Source: Mobula hypostoma (taxonomy: Eukaryota). From it: 64,000 nucleotides of DNA. The notes beneath the pieces were generated by a model, which was given only the letters and a program-made list of their open reading frames with translations, ran no database searches and had not been told where the DNA came from. This document shows positions 51,561-63,322 of the stretch, piece after piece. A program made the position numbers and the translations under genes. The stretch covers positions 198,588,001 through 198,652,000 of the forward strand of contig NC_086097.1 in assembly GCF_963921235.1 (NCBI RefSeq), given 5' to 3'. How positions within the stretch are numbered: the first letter of the stretch is position 1; the number at the start of each line of letters is the position of its first letter.

Positions 51561-52670
51561 TATTAACTTCACCCTATTTCAAATCATTACTCTCTTGTAA
51601 TGCGAGCTAAGCTTCCCATAATATAAACAAATTGGTCTGAAGGCTTCATTAATTGACAGATGTGGCCTTCTCATTCAATTTATTGTGCAGAGACCTCTGT
51701 GTGATTATGTCAAGGAATTCATGTACAATGATGAATAATTTTAACAGAAGTGTCTGAAACTGCATGCACTGTCTCTGAATAATTTTAGCTCTGCCTAAAA
51801 AAATGAGGTAGCATACTCTGTATTCTCAAAGTGCGGTGTAGCGACATGCTTTAGGATGTAATGCACCTTTTAGTGTTGCAAGAACCTGGTTAAGCTTAGA
51901 ATGAGTCCCTGAAATCATAAAACATATTTCATCTGCTATTTTCTTCAATTAGTTTTCTTCCCATATTATTGTCCAGGTCACTCTTAAGATACTGATGTTT
52001 CAACTTCAATGCCTTCCTCAATCATGTCATTCCAAACTTTCACTAGCTCCTCGACAAAGTAGTTACACTTAACTTGGTAATTTTCCTTCTCTGCTTTTGA
52101 AGTTACTTCATGCCCAATTATTGTTATTGATGCCATGTGAAACTGCCTTACAACATTCCACTAGTCATTAACTCCTATGTGATATACATGAACTTTGTAG
52201 TGTCCTGGTGCTCTTTGATGTTTGTCATCTTGCCAATGTTTGTGACCCACATCACATTCATCCTTGTGGGAAGAACTACCTATGACATTATAGCCTATTC
52301 AAGGTTGTGCTTTTATTTACTATCCCAGGAAACGAAATGGCTGCCATCAATCTCTCATTTTTCCATGACTATTTAATTTTAGCTACAGCCTGTGAATCAA
52401 ACAGTACTATGACTCTTTAAAATATGCATCCCGTCAATTTGAGTGACTCAAACTAATTTTTATGCCCATGAACACTGATGCATAGACTTTGCCTGTAACT
52501 ACAATAGACAACTGGACCCATTCATTTCTATTGACAGCACAGTAATTTACCACCCCCTTAACAGAGAGCTCCTTCTTCATTGGTGCTTAACAATATTTTA
52601 CTTTCCTCCTTGCCTACGATAAGCCAGCTTGCTGTCATATCAATGTGCATGCTTATTGTTACTTCAATAA

Positions 52671-52857
52671 CACACATCAAAGTTGCTGGTGAACGCAGCA
52701 GGCCAGGCAGCATCTCTAGGAAGAGGTACAGTCGACGTTTCAGGCCAAGACCCTTTGTCAGGACTTCGTCAGAGATGCTGCCTGGCCTGCTGCGTTCACC
52801 AGCAACTTTGATGTGTGTTACTTGAATTTCCAGCATCTGCAGAATTCCTGTTGTTTG
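52671..52857. mobile_element. PLE-derived fold-back element (minus-strand hammerhead with core G8 mutated to A)
   Basis: 14-bp TSD TGTTACTTCAATAA at 52657-52670 and 52858-52871; near-perfect inverted arms. Confidence 0.9.
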
Positions 52858-52947
52858 TGTTACTTCAATAAAGTGAGTCTAAATGTGTTATCTTTATCAT
52901 CTTCTTTGGGGGTACAATGAATTCCATTTCATATTCACGTTTGGCTA

Positions 52948-53278
52948 GAGAGGAGAAGATGGCGGCGCGACGCAGCGCGCAGCGGCCACTCCGGTGAATG
53001 GTATCTGTTATCTGTCAAGTAGGATGCCGTGTACAATCCTGATTTGATGGAGACAGACGTGAGAACATGGAGGAACATCTGGAGGAACTTCTGAAATGTC
53101 TTCTTCGTTGCCGCTGCTACTGTGTGATCCAAAATCTCCTGAGGAGAAGGCCCCGAGTCCTCGGCTTTGCTTGTTGCTCGGTGGCCGGGGCAGGATCGAA
53201 GCGCTCAGCAGAGGATGGTGCTCGGGAGGCTGTATCGGAGGGGCTGGTCGGAGGCTCGAAGTTTTCGGACGGACTCAC
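52948..53278 (+). mobile_element. Family A element, 5' half only
   Basis: Matches 17639-17960 and 38846-39172; no tail. Confidence 0.85.
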
Positions 53279-53947
53279 TTCGGAGGCTAATTTCCTGCTT
53301 TCAACCTGAAACTGTGCCTGAAGCCTCATACATCAGATAGTTTCACCTGAATTCTGTCCATCAATGGTACAGACACTAAGTTATTCTGTAATGTTTCATT
53401 TGGAAAGGCCTGTAGATTGTACATTTATTTCATTGGCTTTCTATTCTATGTACATTCACCAACTATTCTATCTGGTCCTTAACTGCACATGCCTAACTTG
53501 TAACTCTTGAAAATCTCTGATAGGATTGGACTAAAATCCCATGACTGCATCCCCTTAAGAGATCTCTTCTATGGTTTTCAACAGTAGTGGTTTCACCAGC
53601 ACCTGAAATGAATATAGCCTTACCGCCAGCAACAATATCTTCTTGTATTTAGGTATGGCCACATTGCTCTGTCTTGCACCCTATCCAGAATTTTGACAAT
53701 ATTGTTTATCCTTAGAAACTTCTCCACTGATTTCACGTAAATGGCATATGCTGAAGCCACTTGAATTTCTCACATTTACTAATACATCTGGCATATCCAC
53801 CACTTGCCATCTTCACGGCTCTAGCTAGGGAATCTGTTCTCTGTTAACCTTGTAAAGTAACCACCCTGCTGTTCCCTCAAGCTGCAAATCCCAAAATCAC
53901 TGACAATGTGTTAACTGTACACTCATTGGTGTTAGTCCTTACTAAGG

Positions 53948-54802
53948 TGTTGTCCAGAAGAAACTTCAGTCTGATCAAGGACAGGGGAAGCAGACAAGCC
54001 AATTGTTTTTGTTTTCCCCATTTTGTGGACTCTGAACAGTTTCTTTCTCTTGGATAATCTAATCAGAGCAACTGAATGTGGACACAGGAAGCTTCAGGTA
54101 ATGATCTGCTAAACCTGAGACCATTCTCAGGCAAATAGCCATTTGCTATGTAAAGGGCCTGGACTCTGAACTGATTCTTACTCTGGGACAATCTAATCAG
54201 AGCAATATACCTGAAACCATTCTCAGAGGAGTAGCTACTTGTTATGTAAAATGCCAGACCTGCAATCGGTAATCTCATTACACTCTGTCTGGGTTGCCTC
54301 ATTTAACTAGTTTGGACCAGTTAGGATGTAAAGACACAAATACACAAGGCTGGGGTGGGCAGAGCCATGAAACAATGTTGGCTGTAGCCCTGTACAATGA
54401 CCAGTAAGTAGGTGACCCACGTAGGTCAGGTGACCTTGAGCCAATGGGATGGAGATCCAATGGTTCAATTGATGAGGAACAGTGTAAGACTCAGGAGCTC
54501 CAAATAGCAGGGTGATAACTCGCCCGCAGCCAGAGACCAACCATCGCAGATAAGGAGGACCCCACGGACACGTGGAGATCAGAACCACGAGGAATGCCTG
54601 GCCAGCGTGGAATCCTTTCCTGGATAATATCCTTTTCTCTTCATTGACTGTTCATGGAGTGTCAGGGAATACTAGTAGGGTGCACACAGAGACAGTTTGT
54701 GAACATACACGCTTTTACTTGAAACAATAAAAGTTACTTGTGGGTAACTACAGATTCTCTGTGCCTCACTGATCATTATTACAAGGGGTGATTCTTGTAA
54801 CA
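53948..54802 (+). mobile_element. Solo LTR (855 bp; ERV- or Gypsy-type)
   Basis: TGTTG...TAACA termini, 4-bp TSD AAGG (53944-53947 and 54803-54806), internal direct repeat (54026 and 54160), two CCAAT boxes (54441, 54457), AATAAA at 54726-54731. Confidence 0.8.
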
Positions 54803-54959
54803 AAGGCAAGTAAGAATGGAGGAACAAGCAATAAGACATCATTTACTGGAGACAGTCAATTCAGAACTGAACAGCAGAGACTGCTACTACATTGCATCAA
54901 AAGAGTAAATAGCTGGGAAGTAGATTGGTGAATGAGATAAAGGCTTGGAGAAGCACCAA

Positions 54960-55215
54960 TAAACTTCCCAGCTCTTTACTTCACCCCCTGCCCCTCTCTC
55001 AATTTCACCCATCACCTACCATCTTGTTCTTCTTCCTCCCCTCTCCCCACCTCTTACTCTGACTTCTCTTTCTTTCCGGTCCTGATGAAGGGTCTTAGCC
55101 TGAAACATCAATTGTTTACTCTTTTCCAGAGATGCTGCCTGGCCTGCTGAGTTCCTCCAGCATTTTGTGTGTGTTGCTCGATTTCCACCATCTTCAGATT
55201 TTCTTGTGTTTGTGA
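54960..55215 (+). mobile_element. PLE pLTR fragment with hammerhead core (ACGT palindrome decayed to ACAT)
   Basis: ggtcCTGATGAagggtcttagcctGAAAcatc at ~55078-55109. Confidence 0.8.
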
Positions 55216-55359
55216 TCTTTACGATGTGCCATTATATGAATAAATCTTTTTGATTTTTCAAAGAATAATGCTTCAAGCTAGTGCAAAATTGTTACCCAAT
55301 TTTAATATAATACTCAGTATTCTATTCAAAGGAAAATAGGGTCAGAGAATCACGAGACA

Positions 55360-56640
55360 TTGGTATTGGTATTGCTATTGCTATTGGTTTATTATTGTCA
55401 TATGTACCAAGATACAGGGAAAAGCTTGTCTAGTATACTATATATAAAGATCAAATCATTGTACAGTGCATTGAGCTAGAATACAGTAAAACAATAACAA
55501 TGCAGAATAAACTACTGAAAGAGTGCAGTGCAGGTAAACAATAAAGTTTAAGAGATAATGAAATAGATTGTGAGGCCAAGAGTCCATCTTCTTGTACAAG
55601 AGGTCTATTCAAGAGTTTGACAACAACGGGATAGAAGTGGTCCTTGAGCCTGGTGGTATGTGCCTTCAGACTTTTGTATCTTCTGCCTGATGGGAGATGG
55701 AAGAAGAGGGCATGTCTGGGATGGGTGGGGATTTTGATTATACTGGCTGCTTTACTGAGGGAGTGAGAAGTTTAGGCAAAGTCCATAGAGGGGAGGATAT
55801 TTCCTGTGATGTTCTGAGCTGTGTCCACAATTCACTGCAGTTTCTTGTGGTCACATGTGAAGCAGTTGGCATACCAAGCCATTATGCATCCAGACAGAAT
55901 GCTTTCCATGGGGCATCAATAAAAATAGGTAGAAGTTGATTGGGACATGCCAAATTTCTTTAGCTCCTGAAGAAGAAGAGGCTTTCTTGCTCATGCCATC
56001 AATGTAGTTGGACCAAGATAGGCTATTCTCAGGACATAGACATTCTTTCTTATGTGGCTCAAGTAACTTTCCTAGTCTGATTACGTGGATATCAGATTAA
56101 ATGATCAAAATGTATAGTTCACTAGTGATTCAGAAACTCTGGGATTTTCTTGTTCCCAAGAATGTCAAAATGAAAATGGCACTAATGATAGACAATATTT
56201 TGCAGTCTTTGAATCAGAATCAGGTTTATTATCACTGACATATGTTGTGAAAGTTGTTTGGTAGCAGCACTACGATGTAATACATAAAACAGTATAAATT
56301 ATAATAAGAAATATATATATATCTTCTATATATAGATAGATAGATACTTTATTGATCCCAATGGAAATTACAGTGTCACAGTAGCATTACAAGTGCACAG
56401 ATATACAAATAATAGAAAAGTAGAAAGAAAGAATAAAAAGTAAGTTACCTCGAACAGTCTAACAGGAGAGGGTCATCGCTTGCCTGGCTATAGGTTGACT
56501 CATTATAGAGTCTGATGGCTGAGGTTAAGAATGACCTCATATAGCGCTCTTGAGAGCAGCGCATATATATTTTTTATATATAAGTAGTACAAAAAGAGAG
56601 CAAAAATATTGAGGTAGTGTTCATGGGTTCATGGACCATT
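55360..56640 (-). mobile_element. Degenerate Rex1/Babar-type 3' fragments and tails
   Basis: Short tandem tails and RRYKSL...TRLKDHFYP-type C-terminus on the minus strand. Confidence 0.6.
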
Positions 56641-56932
56641 CACCTTACATAACCTAAAGTGCTTCACAGATTATTAAATACTTTGAATTGTCACAGTGCA
56701 TGGTCTACTAAAGACAGTTAACAAGGTTAGAGCAGTGGAATCTACAAACGTTTGTACAAATTCCTGTGGCGGATTAGCTATGCACAGAGGGTTTCCTCCT
56801 CCCCTTCAAGAAGTTCCACGAGGGAAAATGCAATCATCCTGTGTATAAATGAAGCATTTTCTAAGTTTAGCTGTCATAATGTGCACTGGCAATATCAGAA
56901 CCCAAATGTGAAGGAAAGATAGATTCCATTTA

Positions 56933-57289
56933 GAGACAATGATAAGGGTTCATTCATAATTCCAAAAGAACATCAGCAGCTTAGCCGAGTGATACTGCGA
57001 CAAGTAACATTCTCAAAACTCGTCCCCACGATTAACACTAATCAAGAGTCTGCTTAAATAATACAAGTAACTAGAAATCCCTGGGCCTATCAAAATAAAC
57101 TTAATGAGCTTAAATGGAGAGCACCAGGAGACCGCATTACAAGGAGCAAATCGCTAGAGAAAAACTCAAGGAATTTTTAATGATTAAAGACTCTCGTTAA
57201 ACAACAATTAACCAATACAAGTGTTCTAAAAAGCTTGGAGCCCAATGCTCTTTGGTGCCCTGCATAGGCCTAAAGAGTTCATTACAGCA
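56933..57289. repeat. Unclassified ~350-bp dispersed repeat, copy 1
   Basis: Colinear with 61182-61539; shared aaaaagcttggagcccaatgctct and gcctatcaaaataaacttaa. Confidence 0.8.
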
Positions 57290-57319
57290 CCCCCATCGTT
57301 ATGGCTAACACCTGATTAT

Positions 57320-57670
57320 CCAGGGAGACTGGAAAACTCGAGATCCAAGGACAACTCAAGAGACCTGGGGACCTCAAGAGGGAATTTGTGAGGCAGGGAA
57401 ACGTGGACACCTTGAGAGGCAGGGAGACATAGGGACCTCGAGAGAAAGATGACGGAACTTTGCGAGAGAGACTTAAGAGTCCTTGAGACACACTTGGGAA
57501 TCGTCATGATGGGGAGAACAATGAAAAAACCTTGGAAACCTTCAAAAGTCCTTGGAAACTTGGAGGGTCATAGGAAACCTTGACAATCTCGAGAACTGGA
57601 AAAGATCTTGAGTCTTTGAAAACATGAATCACAAAACCTAGGGAAGGATGCTGGAAGGACCTTGCGGACA
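57320..57670. repeat. Degenerate minisatellite-like tract
   Basis: Recurrent ggacctcgaga / accttgaga / aaccttgga motifs. Confidence 0.5.
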
Positions 57671-57878
57671 GTGTTTTACTCTTCACTATTTTTCCCGAGG
57701 CAGTTAGGATAGAGAAAGCTGCACTCCCAATTTTACAGATCGAAATAGCATGGACTGGCTCTGCCTATCACTGAGCTAGCTGGCTCTCTGTAGTTCTGCT
57801 CCATTTGCAACCAGAAAGTTCCATTTTAGAAGGTGGTACCATGATTTTCATCAAGAAGTTAAATATAAGGTAGCTTAC

Positions 57879-57946
57879 TCTTGAAAGGGTTACTTTTCTT
57901 GTCCGTTTCCACACTCAAGCCATAGATCAGCTTTTGCAGCAGGGCT
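57879..57946 (-). CDS. Candidate exon, 68 nt, phase 2 to 1 (ALLQKLIYGLSVETDKKSNPFK)
   Basis: Donor AGA|gtaagc, acceptor ctttgcaaccctgaag|. Phase does not join directly to the 58130 exon. Confidence 0.3.
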
Positions 57947-58129
57947 CTTCAGGGTTGCAAAGTCAAATTACTGTTTCAGGAGACACTTGTGCACTGGAAC
58001 ATTTGCTACCATTAGCATCACTATCAGAACAGAGAGATTGGAATTACATATTTTAATAGCTCAGTCCATCCCACTGTAGTTGTGGCGTGTAAGCTTACTT
58101 CAATTATTCATTACCAAAGGTATTCTCAC

Positions 58130-58221
58130 CCAAAGCTGGCCGATGTCAAAACACCACTGTTTAATCTCCACTGGGCTCATTACTTGGCGGGGTACTTCTG
58201 TCACAATGTAATATTCCAACC
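58130..58221 (-). CDS. Candidate exon, 92 nt, phase 1 to 0 (LEYYIVTEVPRQVMSPVEIKQWCFDIGQLW)
   Basis: Strong acceptor tctgtctttcctccgcactag|, donor TGG|gtgaga, only one of three frames open. Confidence 0.5.
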
Positions 58222-58259
58222 CTAGTGCGGAGGAAAGACAGACTCCAATGCAGAGTAGG

Positions 58260-61170
58260 GTTGGGCAATGAGGAGTGTAGTGGAACAAAGGGATCTGGGA
58301 ATACAGGTTCATAACTTATTGAAAGTGACATCACAGATAGATAGGCTCGTAAAGAAAGCTTTTTGGCATATTGGACTTTATAAATCAATGTATTAAGTAC
58401 AGGAGATGGGATGTTGTGCTGAAGTTGTCCGTTGGTGAGCCTAATTTGGAGTATTGTGTGCAGTTTTGGTCACCTACGGACGTAAACAAGGTTGAAAGAG
58501 TACAGAAAAAAATTACAAGGATGTTGCCGGGTCTGGAGGACCTGAATTCTAAAACCAATGTATTATGCCTAAACAGCGGAGACTACAATGGGATGAGGGA
58601 GGATTTGACTAGTGTAGACTGAGCACAGAGGCTATATCGTGGGATGGTTGAGGAACAGTGGGAGATCTTCAAAGAGATTTTTCACGGTGCTCAATGAAAG
58701 AATATTCCAGTTAAAAGCAAGGACAGCAAGGGTGGGGAGAGCCAACCTTGAATGAAAGAAGGCATCAAACTAAAAGCTTGTGCGTACAAAGTCGCCAAGA
58801 GTAGTGGGAAACTGGAAGATTGGGAAGATTTTAAAAAGCAACAAAGAAGCACAAAGCGAGTAATAAAGAAAGAGATGATGGAGTGTAAAAATAAACTAGC
58901 ACAAAATATAAAAATGGATAGTAGAAGGTTTTATAATTATATAAAGAGGAAAAGGGTTGTTAAATTGAACATAGGTCCCTTGGAAGACGAGAAGGGGGAA
59001 TTGATATTGGGTAATGAGGAAATGGCCGAGGCTTTGAATATTATCTTGTGTCATTTTTCACGGTGGAGGACATGTCGAACATGCCAAAGAGAGAAGTTAT
59101 GGATGCGATGGGAGGTGAGGACCTCAATACAATAGCCATCAGTAAAGAGGTAGTGCTGAGCAAACTTGTGGGCCTGAAGATAGGTAAGTCCCTTGGTCCT
59201 GATGGAATGTATCCCAGAGTACTGAAAGAAATGGCAGAAGTTATAATAGAGGCTTTGGTGATAATTTACCAAAATTCTCTGGACTCTGGGCAGGTCCCTC
59301 CAGATTGGAAGATGACAAATGTCACGACACTGTTCAAAAAAGGACGTAGGCAAAAGGCAGGTAACTATAGGCCAGTTAGTTTAACATCTATAGTTAGGAA
59401 AATGCTCAAAGCTATCATTAAAGAAGAAATAGCAAGGCATCCAGAAAGAAATGGATCCATTAGGCAAATACAGCATGATTCAGCAAAGGCAGGTCCTGTT
59501 TGACAAACTTACTGGAGTTCTTTGAGGATATAACGAGCGCAGTGGATGGGGGGAACAGATAGACGTTATTTACTTGGATTTCCAGAAGGCATTCGATAAG
59601 GTGCCAAATAAAAGACATACATAAGATAAGGATCCATAGAGTTGGGGGTAATATATTACCCTGGATAGAGGATTGGTTAACTAATAGAAAGCAGAGAGTT
59701 GGGATACATGCGTGTTACTCTGGTTGGCAATTAGTGGTGAGCGATAATGCCACAGGGGTCAGAGCAGGGTCCACAACTGTTCACAATATATATAAACGAT
59801 CTGGAAGAGGGGACCGTGTGTAGTGTATCTAAATTTGCTGATGATACTAAATTGAGTGGAAAAGCAAATTGTGCAGAGGATATTGAGATTCGGCAGAGAG
59901 ATATAGATATGTTAAATGAGTGGGCAACGGTCTGGCAGATGGAGTACAATGTTGGTAAATGTGAGGTCTTCCACTTTGGAAGGAAAAATGGAAGAGCAGA
60001 TTATTATTTAATTGATAAAAAATTGCAGCATTCTGCTGTGCAGAAGGACTAGGGAGTGCTTGTGCATGAATCACAGAAGTTGGGTTTGCAGGTACAGCAG
60101 GCTATCAAGAAGGCAAATAGAATGTTGGTCTTCATTGCCAGAGGGACTGAATTTAAGAGCAGGGCAGTTATGCTGCAACTGTACAGAGTACTAGTGAGGC
60201 CGCACCTGGAGTACTACTTGCAGTTCTGGTCTCTTTACTTGAGGAAGGATATACTGACTTCAGAGATGGTGCAGAAGAGGTTCACCAGGTTGATTCCAGA
60301 GATGAGGCAATTAGACTATGATGAGAGATTGAGTCGCCTGGTACTGTACTCACTGGAATTCAGAAGAATGAGAAGAGATCTTATAGAAACATTTAAAATT
60401 ATGAAAGGGATAGATAAGGTAGAGGCAGAAAAGTTGCTTCTACTGATAGGTGAAACTAGAACTGGGGAATATAGCCTCAAGAATCGAGGGAGTAGATTTA
60501 GGACAGAGATGAAGAGAAACTGCTTTTCCCAGAGGGTGGTGAATCTGTGGAATTCTTTGCCCAATGAAGCAGTGGAGACTACCTCAGTAGATATATTTAA
60601 GACAAGATTGGATAGACTTTTGCATAGTTGGGGAATTAAGGGTTATGGGGAGAAGACAGGTGGATGGAGATGAGTCATCAGCCATGATCTTATGGCAGAG
60701 CAGGCTTGATGGCCCAGATGTCCTACTCCTGTTCCTATTTCTAATGTTCTTATGAGTTATAAGGAAATATTAAATAGGTATTCCTTAGATCATAGAAGAT
60801 TGAGAGCGATTTGACAGAGGTATACAAAATTATGAGGGGTATAGATAGGGGAAATACAAGTAAGCTTTTACCACTGAGGTTGTCTGGGACTATAACCAGA
60901 GGTCATCGGTTAAGGATGAAAGGTGAGAAATTTAAGGGGAACATGAGGGAAAACTTCTTCACTCAGAGGGTTATCAGAGTGTGGGATGAGCTACCAGTGC
61001 AAGTGGTGTATGCGAGCTCAATTTCAACGTTTAAGAGAAGTTTGGATAGCTACATGGATAATAGGGGTATGCTGCAGGTCGATGGGGTTAAGCGTTTTAA
61101 ACGGTTTCAGGGTTTCAGCACAGACTAGATGGGCTGAAGGGTCTGTTTATGTGCTGTACTTCTTTCTGAC
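58260..61170 (+). mobile_element. CR1 3' fragment (58260-58550 plus 60754-61170) with a nested CR1 (~58551-60753)
   Basis: ORFs 58752-60673 are CR1 ORF2 pieces (KFADDTK); the outer copy resumes after the inner tail. Confidence 0.88.
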
Positions 61171-61181
61171 TTTTGACCCTG

Positions 61182-61539
61182 GAGACAGCAACAAGAGTTC
61201 GTTCATAATAATTCCAAAAGAACATTGGTGGCTCGGTCAAGCGGCACCACGAAAAGTAACATTCTCAAGACCAGGAGCCCATGATTAGCGCTAATCAGTT
61301 ATCCACTTAAATAATATAATGCAAATCTCTGAGCCTATCAAAATAAACTTAAGAAGCTTAAACAGAAAGCACCAGGAAACTGAATTACAAAAAGTGAGTC
61401 TCTCAAGAAAAACACAACGAACTCTAAACGATTAACAACTCTCACAAACAACAACTAACCAGTTTGAGTGGTCCAAAAAGCTTGGAGCCCAATGCTCTCC
61501 AGTGCCCTGCACAGGCCCAAAGTGCTCACTGCATTAGCA
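61182..61539. repeat. Unclassified ~350-bp dispersed repeat, copy 2
   Basis: Colinear with 56933-57289. Confidence 0.8.
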
Positions 61540-61899
61540 TTGATCCTAAATGTGAAGCAGTGCATTATTTTTGGCAGCTTGTTTTCTATTTTGCTCGAGC
61601 ATGCATTTTTGAAAAGATCAAATTGACGAATTAATTTAATTGAGTGAGGATGACAAGTTGGTAAACCACAGGCAGAAGATGTATCGCTGCCTGAGTTCAG
61701 CTTCACACAGGCAATGCAGTATTTGTCCCTAATTCACTCTATGATTTACGTAACATGATGAATGTGTTTTCTGATGTGTGTGACTTATATAGCAAGAGGA
61801 TCATGGTAATGCCCACCATCTTGTGAATACTCATGCGAGAGTGTCTGTCTTCCATTAAATTCTTAAGGAATGGATGACTTTGTGATTCATATGCTCTGA

Positions 61900-63170
61900 C
61901 ATTTTCTCTCTAGGGCATGGAGTGATAGTCAACAGTACAAACTGAACTAAGGTGAACTGGGTGAGCTCCAGATCATTTGGGAGTCTGAGAGGGTGATAGA
62001 TAGGACATATAGAGAGTTAGTTACACCCAAGGTGCAGGAAACAGGAGACTGGGTGACAGTCAGAAAGGGGAAAGGGTTTAACACCCAGTGCAGAGTACCC
62101 CTGTGACCATCCCCCTCAACAACTGGTATACTACATTGGATACTACTGGGGGATAACCTAGCAGAGGAAAGTCACAGCAGTCAGATCTCTGGCACAGGGC
62201 CTGGCCCTGTGACTCAGAAAGGAAGGGGGAAGCAGAGGCGAGCTGTGGTGATAGGGGATTCATTAGTTAGAACAGAAAGGAGGTTCTGTAGATGAAAACA
62301 AGATTCCTAGATGGTATGTTGTCTCCCAGGTGCAGGGTCTGAGACACCTCGGATTGAGTCCTCAAAATTTTTAAGTGGGAGAGTGAACAGCCAGAGATCA
62401 TGGTCTATGAAGGTACCAATGACATAGGTAGGAATAGTGACAAGTTTCTGCAAAGTGAGTTCAGTGAGTTAGGAGTTAAAGGACAGAACCTCCAGGGTTG
62501 TGATCTCAAGATTGCTACCTATCCCACATCTGAGTGAGGCCAGAAGTAGGAGGATCATACCATTTAATATGCAGCTAAGGAGCAAGTGTGGGAGGCTGGG
62601 TGTCAGATTTTGGGATCATTGGGACCTGTACGGGAGAGACAGTTTGCACCTGAACAGGAGGAGGTCTAATATCCTAGCGGAAAGGTTTGCTAGTGCCACA
62701 CAGCCACACAGGAGGGTTTAAAAGAGAGTTGCGGTGGGCGGTGGGGGGGGGGCGAGGGATCCAGAGTGCCAGAACAAAGAGGTTATGGAGACAGATGTTG
62801 TTAACGCCTCAGACAAAGTCAGAAACCAAAAGATTGAGCAGGATATAACTAATGTCCTAAGCTGCACATATTTCAATGCAAGGAGTATTATAAGCAAGGC
62901 ATATGAGCTCAGGGTGTGGATCAACACATGGAATTATCATACTGTAGCCTTTCTGGAGGAGTTTAGTCAGATGGTAGTGAATCGGTGAAATTCATTGCCA
63001 TAGATAGCTGTGAAGGCCAAATCATTGAGTATATTTAGGTTGATAGGTTCTTGATTACTCAGGGAGTCAAAGGTTATGGGGAGAAGGCAGGAGAATGAGA
63101 TTGAGAGGGATAATAAATCAGCCATGAAGGAATGGCCTAATTCAGCTCCTATGTCTTATGGTCTTAACTT
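61900..63170 (+). mobile_element. Degenerate CR1 ORF1 plus ORF2 start, abutting a CR1 3' end
   Basis: VVIGDSLVR, GTND and DSLHLN esterase motifs; LSCTYFNARSI endonuclease start. Confidence 0.85.
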
Positions 63171-63322
63171 AGTACTATTGGAACTCTAGTTGGTTGCTTC
63201 TTTTAAAGGAAGATTTCTCTCCAGCATTTTGATTGGACAAACAATACCCCAAGGAGAAGGATGAAGCTGCTCAAGTACAAATCATAACTCCTCTGTAAGG
63301 ATGGCAGCTCTTGTGCTCTTAC

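Noticed and set aside
51866..51908. Possible exon GTHSKLNQVLATLK resembling a C9orf72 segment
   Set aside because: Weak donor (gtgcat) and out of order with the other matches; illustrates the false-positive rate of by-eye matching.
3303..60564. Numerous 60-200 aa ORFs opposite LINE ORFs (e.g. 8423-9007, 7383-7841, 34084-34392)
   Set aside because: Antisense or alternate-frame shadows of CR1/Rex1 coding sequence.
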